A DNA stretch of 63,197 nt, counting the filler, from Reticulomyxa filosa (taxonomy: Eukaryota; Protista; Foraminifera): the NCBI GenBank assembly GCA_000512085.1. It is 21 parts of 21 records of this genome, joined end to end, with 100 filler letters (N's around TTAATTAATTAA, not from the genome) between each part and the next. Parts side by side here need not be neighbours in the genome. Positions count along the whole stretch, not along the records: positions 36,154 to 43,603 come from ASPP01006915.1; positions 43,704 to 45,584 come from ASPP01002271.1; positions 45,685 to 46,737 come from ASPP01038244.1; positions 46,838 to 50,150 come from ASPP01022845.1; positions 50,251 to 51,358 come from ASPP01028173.1; 16 more parts are not named here. One strand, 5' to 3'. Shown here one piece after another: positions 38,201 through 50,863 of the stretch. The notes beneath the pieces were generated by a model that worked only from the letters and a program-made list of their open reading frames with translations, did no database searches and was not told the origin of the DNA. The position numbers and the translations under genes were made by a program. Position 1 is the stretch's first letter. Each line of letters starts with the position of its first letter.

Positions 38201-38705
38201 GAATGTAAAATATTGAACTGATTTTTTTAAAAAAGAAGATTCAATTTTCCCACAAAACTTTTGGAACAGTCAACTATCGAATTTTTGGGCGTCTCATCTG
38301 TAAATTGACACTATACAAAAAATAAAACGGAAAACAAAATTTCTACGTCGTCTGCCATATTTCTAACCAATCTTCTCCATTTTTGATTATTTGCCATCCT
38401 TTTGTTCTATTTGTTTTAAAAACTATCATTTATACAAAAATTGAAGATTTCTTCTCGCTTGTGGTGACAAATACATTTGGCTACTTTTAAAAAGCTATTG
38501 TTCAGTCACTTATTCAGTTGGTACTCGCACTACCTTGTAGTAGAAGAACTGGGAAGATATTCTTGTTTTTCTTGTAACTGTTGGGTAAGTCAGTGAACAG
38601 TTGACGGGATAGTGTTGAAAATTTCTTTTTTGTGTTCAAGTTTAATCCTTAATAATTCATAAGCCGTTGAAATCTGATTGATTCAACATTTAACATTCAA
38701 AATAA

Positions 38706-41056
38706 ATGTCTTCCAACGATGACAAAGCGAAACAAGTCGAGAGGACAGACGTAACACTTGCGTTTGAGACTTTGGCTCCCTTACCAATTCTTCTTTCTCT
38801 TACTCAAGCAGTGGTCCACAAACACGAAATTCTTATTTGCGGAGGCTTTCTTGAACGCAGCTGTTTCTCGTATCACACTCTCAAAAATCAGTATAAATAC
38901 ATTTGTTCTTATCCAAAGGATGTCGCATTACGTGGACATTGCGTTGTTAAGCGTGTGAACAACGATAATCCAAAAGCTATTACTTTGTTGTCTTTTGGTG
39001 GACAGCGAAGTGCTGAGACAAAGCATACATTGATCCTAAAATATATAAGTGTTTGGAATGAAGAATATGGGACAAAGATAGAAGATGAAACATATTCTAA
39101 CGAATGGCTCCCTTTCACTGACATGGATAATAACCCTGTTTCCATTGGTCGAAAGCAAGACAATTATGAAGGAGTGCGTGCGGTGATTGGTGGACGTAAA
39201 GATAATTTGCTATTTATTTCTTATCGTCCAAAGAATATTGACGTGTTTGATTTGGATACATTTCAATATATCAGTCAAAACCTTTTGCCAATTGATTGCA
39301 ATTCTGATGTATACTTTCATTGTTTTATGCTAAAGCCTGAGGATCCAACAACAATACGAAAAACAAATGCACATGAAAAGAAGAATGGAATAGTGTTATT
39401 TTGTGAAAATGTAGGGCTATTAGTTGAATATAATGAAGATAGCAATGCATTTGAAATGCAAAAATTACGAGTGTGTTCAACAATCAGGTCCTTTAATTTT
39501 TATGCTTATGTGCGTATCAATAGTGATATTTTATTTTTTGGTGGATATGGAACTGAACTTGGCATTTCGCGATCAGTACATAAGTATTCAATGATAAAAA
39601 ACAAATGGATAAAATTTGAGCATAATCTAGCTATTCCATTGTTTGGTAGTATTGGAATACTGAATGACGACAACAAACATATTCATATTCTTGGGGGTAG
39701 GGCCGACAAAGGATATGAAGTATCAACACACATGAAAGCGGATGTGATGGAATGGATGAAAGAAAAAACAGAAGTGGAAGCACAATGGAGTATGGAAGAA
39801 ACAAAGATAGAAGAAGAGGAAAGAGAGAAAGAAAATGTGAAAAAAGAAATAGAGGATGTCAAAAGGATGAAAAAAGAGATAGAAGAAATAAAACAAAAAT
39901 ATAATTTAGAAACATTGAACGTTGATTAATTATATATATAAACTTCCTTGTATTTTTGACATGGATACAAAAAAGATTCAATACTTACAAAAAAATAGAG
40001 ACAAAAAGAGATCGAAGTTACAATAGAACATTGGGTCCAGTCGTTGTTTATCAAAATTGGATGGATTAATGATTTTAATAAAATTATTTCTCGTTATATT
40101 TTGGTATACATTTGTTTGTAAAGACGTTTTCTGGATTTAACAAAATCAAATTGAAACTGTAATAGATGAAATACTTCAAACCATTGAGAGAATTTCGCGG
40201 GCATTCACGATACGCAAAAACTGTAAAATTTTCACCAGATGGAACGAAAATTGTTTCATCATCATGTGATAAGATAGTCCGAATATGGGACGTAAAAATG
40301 GGGAAAAAAATTCAATTATTGAAAGGACATTCAGACAATGTGAATGATGCAACATTCTCACCAGATGGAAATATGATCGCGTCGTGTTCATACGACAAAA
40401 CAATCCGATTATGGAATGTTCGTTCAGGGCAAGAAATAAAAAAACTAGAAGGACATTCAAATAATGTTACAAGAGTGCAATTTTCACCAGATGGAAAAAT
40501 TATTGCCTCAAGTTCCTGGGATACAACAATACGACTTTGGGATGTAATATCTGGCAGAGAAATAAAAAAATTTGAAGGACATTCAGGTGAGGTTATAGAC
40601 GTGCAATTTTCGTCTGATGGGAAAAAAATTGTATCATCTTCTCGTGACAATACAATCCGAATATGGAAGGTACAATCAAGTGAAAGAGGAAGTGAATCAA
40701 GATGGCACATAAATTCTGTAGTTAGAACAAGATTCTCTTCAAATAATTACTTTGCTGTGTCTTGTTCACATGATCAAACAATTCGGATATGGGATTTAAC
40801 ATCAGGAAGAGAAGTGAAAAGATTAGAAGGACATTTATGTACAGTAAGAGACGCAAAGTATTTAGCAAATGATCAAACACTTGTATCATGTTCTGATGAC
40901 AAAACAATTCGATTGTGGGATGTGAAATTAGGAATGGAAGTACAGAAATTAGAAGAACATTGCGATGCTGTAACAGGAGTTGATATATCACCAGATGGAA
41001 ATACAATTGTGTCTTGTTCTAATGATGGAACAATTCGCATGTGGGGTCCATTGTAA
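38706..41056 (+). CDS. Kelch-like propeller + coiled coil + conserved linker exon + WD40 propeller; exons 38706-39920, 39999-40103, 40166-41056
   Basis: Two phase-0 GT..AG introns join the 407-aa Kelch-like ORF, the exon RQKEIEVTIEHWVQSLFIKIGWINDFNKIISRYIL and a 7-repeat WD40 ORF whose ATG directly follows a TAG acceptor. Confidence 0.85.
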
Positions 41057-41649
41057 ACGAAACGACAATAATTCAAAAAGTTATTTTTTTACAAAACATA
41101 ATGTTAATTTATTTTAATGACATTAAATTTTGTAGAGTAATATTTTTAAATAATGGTGTATTTGAAAGTTTGAGATCTTATCCAAAGAACAAATTGCTAT
41201 GTAAAAGTTGTCCAAAAACGAACTTGTTACATAAATAATGTTAACTAAAGCAATGTTTAACTAAAGCAATGTTAAAATTGTTATCCTTTCGGTTATTGTA
41301 CTTGTCTCACAATTGAATATACAAATCGCAGTTTAGAATTTCTTATGATTTGAAATGAATTAATTGATGAATAAGAAATATTGGTTACAAGCAACCTGGA
41401 ATACGTTGCAATGATAAAGTTGATATTTTGTAAGTAATATTTACAAGATTTTTTTTAAGCTTTGCACGGGGCGTGAGGATGTCTGATAACAAAGACATAC
41501 AATAATAATAATAAATTAGTATTTACCACTTCATAATATCTTTTCAACTAGTAAAAAATTTTTTTATAGTTGGATTTTCTAACATTGTGAGTTCTTACCT
41601 TTTGTTCTTGTTTTTGGCAACATTTTTCGTTGCGATTTATTTTCGGTTG

Positions 41650-43290
41650 TCGTGCTAAGCATCTTGAGATGCGGAAGTGACTTCACGAGTATCTTGTACT
41701 AAGTTGAGTTAAGAGTATATATGTGCAAACTACTGTTAACTGGGATATTAACCCTTTTACTGGAAATGGATGGATTGCGTGAGAAGATCGAATATTAATT
41801 GTGTTTTATGCATTTGAGAAATTAGCAATATATATGCAAATACAAGGTTTTTGTGTGTTGGTAACTTCTACTGAACATCAGCCAAAACCGAAATTAACTA
41901 GATGATAACAAGGCTTGTAAAGGCATCCGGACGGCCGAGGCAAGATGTACTTACTATAATGCAAGCAATGCTGGTATAAAATATCAAACTTGAAATTGGA
42001 TCAAAAATTAAATTTAAATGCACTTACAAACATGTCTACCACTAGTGAACTATAATGGAATTGGATTGGTATTGATATCCATGATCACAAAAATCACCAA
42101 CGACAATACAAAATGACGTCCAGCAATAATATGGACGTCGACACAAATGGCACCAGACGAACAGCCAAAAAACGAAAGAAGACAGTGAGTGGATAAAGGA
42201 TGAAATCGCGAAGAAGCAAATAATCAATATTCAGCATTTCAAGACTAAAATCGCATTTCAAGCAATGCAAGAAATGCTACAGATTGAATCATATTAATTG
42301 TGAATGCCCAAAGAAGCGCAAAGTGTAAATATTACGGACTGACAAATTACGAAGATGCAAACTGCAAAAAAAAGAACGGTTCAAGTAGACAAAAGTATCC
42401 AAGTGATTTACCGCAATGTGATGTGATTCGCAAAGCAAGAGAAAATTTGGTATTAAATTGGCAAGGAAAGATGTATTCATGAAGAAGAAAAAATATCAGC
42501 ACATTCCAATTAAATCAAATGCGTAGTGGCAAGCAAAAAATTATTTTTATACTGACGCGAGGCCAAATTAAATGGAAACGAAAACAAGAATGGACTTCGA
42601 AAATCAAAGAAGATGACTAATAGAAAGAATAACAATGATCAAATGCTGCAAAATAAGAAATTTTATGCCGATGAATTATAATCGCTAAGACAAGATTAAA
42701 ATCCTTGACGCAGATGGATTGTAAACAGACCAAGAGATGAAGTTAATATTGCGAATAACAATATGCAAGCAGATATATGAGCAGTCTAGAATATATTAAC
42801 GGATTTTATTCCAAGGCACAAATATTAGAATAAACTTGGATTCAGATCAAAGAAGGACATCGATTATAATTTCCAGTATCTTTATATTAAAAAAAAAATT
42901 ACATTGACAGAACACATTACTCAAAAAGAAACACAAAAACAAAAGAAAGACACAAAATCTTACAACAACCAAAAAGTTCACCAATTGCGACGTAATTCAC
43001 TGTATCGCAAACATTCTATCACATCAAATACAATCAGGAAAATCTGATCTTTGGATATTATTCAAATAATATTCAATCCAATTTTGCCAGTAATCAATCG
43101 ACAAATAATCTTGAGTTTGCTAAATATCAATGAATACAATAAAATCTTTTCAAATGATTGAGCTCCCATCAGGTTAGATAAGAAATATCGTGCATTTTTT
43201 TTTATAGCGAGAATGAGATCTTATCCAAGTTAAAATGAGCACCTCGTACCAAAAGGAACACAGTACTCTAATGAAAACAAACAAAAAAAA
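41650..43290 (+). mobile_element. Decayed non-LTR retrotransposon (LINE-like) remnant; boundaries approximate
   Basis: Gag-like knuckles QCKKCYRLNHINCECPKKRKV-KYYGLTNYEDANC..YPSDLPQC (~42263-42450), a decayed APE-like start (INGFYSK, ~42795) and an A-rich end. Many stops. Confidence 0.55.
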
Positions 43291-43799
43291 GGAAAAGATC
43301 AACAAAACATATCAAAAACTCACACACAATCAACAACAAGTGAAAAAAAAAATTTTAAGTTTTAATTTAATCTTTAAAATATCAAAAAAAAAAAAATAAA
43401 ATCTCAAAAGTTGTACGGCGAGATCAATCAACGATCGCGAAAACAAATTTGGCTCTTCCCTGTGGAATGGTCAGAGGGAATTGTTTTTGAAGTATTAATT
43501 AAACACTTATTATTAAAGAAAAGCATATCATTTCGGCTTATTTAATAGAAAAGTTGATAATTTTTGTTCGATATTCTTTCTTGTTAATATTATTTTGTTT
43601 TGANNNNNNNNNNNNNNNNNNNNNNNNNNNNNNNNNNNNNNNNNNNNTTAATTAATTAANNNNNNNNNNNNNNNNNNNNNNNNNNNNNNNNNNNNNNNNN
43701 NNNCAAAACAAACAAAGTCATGATCAACCTTGCAATCTCTTATGCTGTCCCTTCACTGAGCTGACAACAGAGCAAATCAACTATCTCAAACATTTATAC

Positions 43800-44490
43800 T
43801 TACAAGACAAAGACGATTCCTCGTCTCCTACACGCATACTAGTTGTTGGAGTTGGCAACTTTTCGTTCTCGAGGAGTCTGGTATATATTTGGCCACGCAT
43901 TTGCCAATCGAAGTCGCTGGAGTTAATCGCTACATGTTACCACTCCAAAGATGGATTGATCCAGAGATTGTCAACGATGGTATCAGCCAAATCGTGCATG
44001 ACATACAACTCTGTGGTAACAGTGACTTGAGTCACTCTACCATTTTATATGGAGTCGATGCCACCAGCTTGGAGCTGACTTTCCCAGTGTCGACCCAACA
44101 TAACCTACTTGAAGAAGAACATAAAGATCACGCAAAGAAAGATTACTTGGAGTTTTTCGATCGAATTATTTTCAATTTTCCACAGGTTATAATACAACAT
44201 AATTTATTTTTTTTTTTGAGCGGGTCATATATTACGTTACAAAAAAAAAAAGGTGGAGCCTGACAATGGAGATCATCGACTAAAAACGTCAAATCAACAA
44301 CTTATTGTAAAATTTTTCCAAAGTTGTTGGAAATTGTTAGAACCGAAACAAGGTCGAATAATGATTGCACTTCATGTGAACGAGTTTAAGTTTGATTTTT
44401 CATTAAATGCTTTTGCCTTAATAAGCAGATCAGTGAAACTTGGAAAAACATTCGGATCAGAGTTATTTAAAAGGAGAAATTTGTCAGGTA
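43800..44490 (+). pseudogene. DUF2431/Bmt5-like 25S rRNA uridine-N3 methyltransferase, frameshifted (~43965); intron 44186-44252
   Basis: RILVVGVGNFSFSRSL, LIATCYHS, ILYGVDATSL, FDRIIFNFPQ and NQQLIVKFFQSCWKLL..GRIMIALH. The frame changes between the first motifs, which may be a sequencing error. Confidence 0.72.
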
Positions 44491-44689
44491 TCGATTGCAT
44501 GTTATATCAAGCATAGTCTTCTACAAAAAAGAAAAGAAACAAAAAAAAGCAATAGATGATCAACTAACAATGTACACATATTATGCTGTTCAAATTCGTG
44601 AACTTTTTTGTTTTTTTTTGTTAGTGCACAGTTTTTCTGAAGAAGTAGAGAGAAAAAAAAAAAACGATATTATACAAAAGGTTCATTTT

Positions 44690-45490
44690 TCAAATCTTTT
44701 TGTTAAGTTTAGCATTTCGTCCCACGAGATCGGCCAGCATTTCCAAGTGTTCTTCCTGTACATTTTGTAGCTCTTTCCATTCTTTCAAAAGCAGAGATTG
44801 ATAATCGTATTTTATTGGGAAATGATAACCAATCTAATTGATAGTATGAGTGTTTGTCAGTGATCATCGTAAAAGAGATCGAGAAAACAATAGAAAAAAA
44901 AAAACAACTTGTTTGTATTGGACAAATCTCTCTGCTCTTTGCACCAACAATTGCAACTTCCTGCGATTAATAGAGCCATCTCCTAATTTGTATTCTTGTG
45001 ACTCCTCAATTTTGAAAAATTGAGCACAGAAGAGCGGCAAATAAGGAATGGCGGGTGACTCGCAGCGTTCTTGTAGCTCAAAAAGTGCGTCTTTCTTCCA
45101 ATCGAAAAGGTTTTGAAATTTGTCCCACGATTCTCGCTGCTGAACTTTCAGTCCGTCCCACTGGATAATATCAACAATATGCATATGCATATATATATGT
45201 ATGTATATAATATGAAGCAAAAGAAGGGAGGAAAAAAAAAAAAAAACTGGTAAATTCATGATTCGCTTGGCAATTAAAGCGGAATGAATAGCGGCCAAAG
45301 TATGAAAATTTCGGATTTGTTGGCATTTGTAAGCAATATCAATGAATTTCATCAAGAATCGAATTCTTCGAGCAAGTTTCTTCTCTTGCAGCAATGTGGT
45401 TTGAACCCATCTCACTTCAGTGTTGAATTGGTTGATCATCTTCACCAAATTGGGTGAGGTCTTCCAGCAGTCTGGTTTTTTCCAGCCCTA
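44690..45490 (-). CDS. RasGEF (CDC25) domain protein, 5' truncated, multi-exon
   Basis: PNLVKMINQFN..WVQTTLL, KFIDIAYKCQQIRNFHTLAAIHSAL, PAIPYL and DGSINRRK. Confidence 0.88.
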
Positions 45491-45684
45491 ATTACAAACA
45501 GACAACAGTAATTTGCAAATTGTGTTGAAAAGAAGATCTCCTCCACGCAATTGCGCACAATTTGGAAATATAAAATGGGGGGGGNNNNNNNNNNNNNNNN
45601 NNNNNNNNNNNNNNNNNNNNNNNNNNNNTTAATTAATTAANNNNNNNNNNNNNNNNNNNNNNNNNNNNNNNNNNNNNNNNNNNN

Positions 45685-46737
45685 GGGGGGTTTCCAGCGC
45701 TTTTATTAATGGGTTACACGATACAAATAATCATGGTCGTGGATTATGTGCAGAATTACTTGGAACAATTTCAACAAAACTGAATAAGAAACAACTGAAA
45801 AAGCTATTTAATACTGTGAATCATGTGCAAAAGTACTTAGATTAATCTTAATGGAATTGAATGAGAAACAAATAGAAGAATATTTGAACGCTTTAATAAA
45901 GCTGGTGAAAGACGTCCCTTTGAGAAAAATTGTGAATGTTTTTCATCATATTAATGACAATAGTGATGATCAAAAGAAAGATGAAAGTAGTGATGATATT
46001 GAATACTTATGGTCAATGATTATCAATGAATTACATATTCCACAATGGAATTTAAATGACACCAAATTCATTATTAAGTTAATGAATGGACTGTTATTAT
46101 TATTAGATGGATTTGATGAAATTGCAAATGAAATTAAAAAAACACAAACTTAAAAGCATGGCTGCAACATTGCACTTGAAATGAAAATTATTCCATAATC
46201 ATGACAAGTCGACCCAGTGCAATGTGTCAATATCTAAAAAATCCAAGAATGTTGAATGCTATTGGATTCCAATCACAAGATATTTAAAATTATGTTCATG
46301 CTTATTTCAAAAATTACAATGAATTCGATGTGTCGATGAAGAAATTGAATAATAATCAAAGTTTGAAATTATTGAGTCATACACTTTCGTATTTGAGATT
46401 ATTTTGTTATTTGTCAAGATAAGATAAATCATCTTCATCGAATAATGAAAAATGGGATGAAATGACTCTTTCACAATTGTATGAGACATTATTGAAAAGT
46501 TATACGAAATGGAATTGGATGAAGTCAAATGAATTGAATAACAAATTAAATGATGGCAAGATATTTAATAAGTTTGAAATGGAAATGGATTATTTATCTC
46601 AAATTGCATGGGAAGGATTAAAATGTGGAAAGCAATCATTTCTTGTGAAATCCAACAAAGAATATTAAATATAATAAAATATAAATATCCACATAAAGAT
46701 ATATCAGTGATATCTCAATGGTCTCGAATCAATTCAT
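45685..46737 (+). pseudogene. NACHT (STAND NTPase) pseudogene fragment preceded by HEAT-like repeats
   Basis: Walker B LLLLLDGFDEI, sensor-1 IIMTSRP, IGFQSQDI*NY and LSQIAWEGL. Upstream INGLHDTNNHGRGLCAELLGTIS is HEAT-like. Stops and frameshifts present. Confidence 0.78.
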
Positions 46738-46837
46738 NNNNNNNNNNNNNNNNNNNNNNNNNNNNNNNNNNNNNNNNNNNNTTAATTAATTAANNNNNNN
46801 NNNNNNNNNNNNNNNNNNNNNNNNNNNNNNNNNNNNN

Positions 46838-47510
46838 GCCGAGTGACACATACAATTGTATCAAGCGCTAAGTGAGAACGGGTTTATGCTAATGGCAGAG
46901 CGCTGGTCGCAACGTGGAGGAACATTGCAAACACCAAATGGACGAACCGTCTTTGTACAATCGCGTGGATGTCATTGCCGGCATTTGCAATGTGGCAACC
47001 TTTATGGTAGACAATGTGGATGGAAGCATCGTGTTGGATTCATCTGACCCCCAGTCTGAGTTGCAATCGTGCGGAAACATACAATTGCACAGCAGTTAAT
47101 AACGGGCCACGAGACGTTGGCCCTGGTGAAATGCACCTTTGCTTTGGGAGTTCAACCTAAGGGATATGTCTTCAAGTGCTGTAATATCATACTCAATCCT
47201 TTCAGCGGCTTTGATTCCGCTTTGCGACAAGACAAAGCTCAGCTCAAGTCCTCTTCATCCGAGAACGCACGTGCGACTGCACGCACGGACCAAGAACACG
47301 ACGAGAACAAACAAGAACAAGTGCATGCGCTGGAACAGATACTGGACATGGTGTTTGTGCAAAGAATGCGAACGGAAAGAGATCGACAACAAATGTCTCA
47401 ATTCTTGAAACAGTCGTTTTTTGACAAAATGGAATGGAAGACATTACAACGCAGTCATCAATGGCCAGACGTGCGTATTACAAATGAGTACGTGCAAATC
47501 GGGATACATT
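46838..47510 (+). pseudogene. MDN1: Midasin-like AAA fragment, frameshifted
   Basis: WEFNLRD followed after a shift by VFKCCNII, then ILDMVFVQRMRTERDRQQM and PDVRITNEYVQIG, resembling midasin PWEFNLRD..W / QRMRT..DR segments. Confidence 0.55.
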
Positions 47511-47759
47511 TGGATTGACTTAACTACAAATGATGTATATAAAAATTCCATTTATGTGTGAAATAAGGAATGCTTGGAAGCCTATCAAACACCAGTTGCA
47601 AAGTTGCAAGGATATGTATGCTTCCTTTTTTCCACTCCAAAGTGTTGATTGAGTTGGCTTTGCTCAATCCTTCTGTACTTCTTTTTTTTTTTTTTTGCTT
47701 CATTGTTTTAAAATCAATTCTCATCAATTACTGAGCGATCAATTTAAAAAAACCAAATT

Positions 47760-48100
47760 GTAAACTCAAAAATATTTCATTGATCATTCAATTATATTGT
47801 TGCATTGAAGTTGTTATAATCGCTATCGTTTTGCTTTTTGGTTAGAGATATGTCATAGTTAACACTATTTCATCAAAATTTCGCTTTGTTTAAACTTATT
47901 CTTTGCAAACAAGAATATTAATTTTTTATAATTTGAGTTATTCTATTTTCTGACTTGATACAAAGCAATGATAATTGATAAAATTCTTAGTTGGTAAAGT
48001 GTCATGTTTAATAAATTAAAATGTATTTAAATCAAACACACTAATATTATCTTTATAAGAAGTTGAAAGATATGAATATAATAATTGTTGATATAAACAA
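47760..48100 (-). pseudogene. Kelch-like family remnant
   Basis: DNISVFDLNTF*FIKHDTLPTKNFINYHCFVS aligns with the Kelch-like paralogs in this window. Confidence 0.75.
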
Positions 48101-49379
48101 GACAATCTAAAATTATCTGAAAGATTTGAAAAAAGTGTGAAATAGACTCGATATGCAATGATCTAGTTTGTAGAAAAACTCTTTTCTTCAAAGAAGAAGA
48201 CATAAGAAAAGGGATCAAACAGAATTTTATTTCAATGAATTCCCAATGTGATATTTTTTTTAATATTCTATTGTGTTCTTTAATAGATTTTTCAAAACAG
48301 AATTAAGAGGATATAAGTTACTTATTAGAGTTTTCAATTTTTGTCAATGAAAAAAACAACTTTTAAACTTCAAATACAGAAATAAAGTTTTATAAAAAAT
48401 GTGATAAATGTGCTAGTATTTGGTGGAGTATAATTATATTTAATGTTTAGTTTAAAAGGGAGATGTAGAAAAAATCATTGCTTATGTTAAGGGGATACTA
48501 TCATAGAATTTTTTGTTGTTGTTACATAGTCACAATAAGGAAATGAATTAATAAATATATACTATTTTAAAATTATGTATCACACTTTTTTTTTGAAAAT
48601 TTTTTTTTTTGGCAGAATAATAATTCAATGAAATCATTATTTCATGTTGCATTGCCACTATCAATTAATGTAAATTCATATTTTTTATATATTGTATGTT
48701 AAAATAGACAAATAACAACAAATAAATATTGGAATAATTTTGATATATGGTATTATTGTAAAGAATCAAACAATTGTGTATTTGCTTATTTATTAACATT
48801 GTTTCATTATTTTGTACATATGTCATTGAATGATAATGAAATGCAAAATATAAGTCCTGTTAATGTCATTTTTGAAAAAATTACCTGGAAAGGTGATAAT
48901 TTTAATTTTGAAAATATAATTGATGTAATAAAGGAGAATGTAATAATAATATAAATTGTATACACTTATATGATCATGCAAATAATATGTTATTTGATTA
49001 TAATGGTACATTTTGAGATTTTTTAGTTCTAAATTTAGCAGGTAAACATGCATAACTTTGTCAAGGTTTTGATACTTTCGTGAGCTGTCTGCTCCAGCAG
49101 TGTTTATGCATTTGTTGAGCCGAGGAATAGCGGAAAATTTTAAAATCACAAGAATTTTGTGTTTCTTTTCATATGATTTCAACCTTTAAAATACATTATC
49201 TTTTTTTACCTTTAAAAGTGAAAACAACTTTGTGACCGAAATTTTCTCATAATTTATTTATATTCAAAGAAAAATATGTTCGTTGAAAACACCAAATGTA
49301 AACCATTTTGTAGAATAATTAAATACTGACATATTCATTACAAAGGAAACAAATTAATATGATACTTGTTCAAATTATC

Positions 49380-49712
49380 AAACTTATTAGATACAATATT
49401 ATCTTTATCACATGATGAAAGTGTTCGTTTGTGGGATATTCGATCTGGTAAACAAATTCAACTGACATACAAATTGGGTATATGTTGTTGAATATTCACC
49501 ATTGTAATAAAAAATAGTATTGGCAATTCAAATGTGATATGTTCTGGATCATGTGATAATGTAATTCGTTTTTTGGGATATTCGATCAAATAAGAATAAG
49601 TTGTATATGATCAAAGGAGATAAGAATGAAGATTATGGAATAACTTGTCTTAAATTTATTGGATTGAATTTGTGTTATGGTTTACGCAAAGATTCCACTC
49701 GTATTTGGTGAT
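49380..49712 (+). pseudogene. WD40 family remnant
   Basis: DESVRLWDIRSGKQIQ, NVICSGSCDNVIRF-WDIRSNKNKLYMIKG and LNLCYG are homologous to the 3' part of 30626-31917. Frameshifted. Confidence 0.8.
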
Positions 49713-50274
49713 AATTTACTTTTTGTTGAATAAGAAATGAAACGTTTGATTAAAAGAAAAGTAAGATGATATTACATTTGTTTAATTTGATTGAATGCAA
49801 GCATTGAAAGATGTGTTTTATTTTACTTTGTTGTTTAAAAAATTGAAAAAGCTGCGTTCAATGTTTTTTGAAGAATTGAAAATCATAATAAATAAAAATT
49901 GTATCCAATATCAAAATAAATTACAAGATATTTCAAGTATTGTATCTTTTATATAGAATCAAACACGATCGTTTTTGTATTAATTCATGATGTATTTCTT
50001 TTTTGTTTTGAAAAACATGTGATATTTTAAAATTGAAATCTTTTCAAATAATGCAACAATAGATATAAGAAAGAGAAAAGGTGTCCCAAATTTGAAAGGC
50101 AGACATCAAAGTGAGGACAGCTCTTTTGATCACTAAATGTACATTGAAATNNNNNNNNNNNNNNNNNNNNNNNNNNNNNNNNNNNNNNNNNNNNTTAATT
50201 AATTAANNNNNNNNNNNNNNNNNNNNNNNNNNNNNNNNNNNNNNNNNNNNATTTGATTGTCAAAATTAAAAAAG

Positions 50275-50640
50275 AAGCATCTTCATCATCCGACTCTTCA
50301 TCTTAGATTGCTTTGACACCAGCGTCTTTTGCTTGTGACAGCACATCTTGTGGAACAAATGAGTGTCTATCGCTCGTCCAAACATGAATTTTCTTTACTT
50401 TCAGCGCACCAATCAAATAAACAAACGAGCAAAGTAAAATTAACTTTTTTGAGTCATTCAATACCCAACTAAGTTCCAGATCAAATGGTTTATCTTTGAC
50501 GTCGTCATGAATGGAATAAAAAAAATCAATGATTTTTATACTTTGAACAAAAATTTTTTTTAAAAAAACTGAACATTTGGGTGACTTTGTCGGCAGCCTC
50601 TTTGCAAGTGATCTTTTAGAAGTCAATTTTTTCCAATTGA
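50275..50640 (-). pseudogene. PSMA3: Proteasome subunit alpha type-3 (alpha7) 3' fragment with stops and intron remnants
   Basis: QLEKIDF*KITCKEAADKVTK, IHDDVKDKPFDLELSWV and HSFVPQDVLSQAKDAGVKAI*DEESDDED. Confidence 0.8.
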
Positions 50641-50863
50641 ACCACTTTTACAAAAGTCCGTAAAAGGCCGTGTATTGTCTGGAAACTAATGCTCGCCGAT
50701 ATCGTGTACTGCGGACGTGATGATGCCACCGTCTCCGGCTCGGTGCCACTTGAATAAATGGGATGAGGACATCTTGTCTATCACTTTGGACAAATAAGCC
50801 TCCACTCTTGCCTCTGGCGGTGCTGATGGAGATATTGTCTTGTACAAAATTACTAACTCGTAG
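50641..50863 (+). pseudogene. WD40-like C-terminal fragment
   Basis: IVYCGRDDATVS and DEDILSITLDK*ASTLASGGADGDIVLYKI lie in different frames. Confidence 0.5.
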
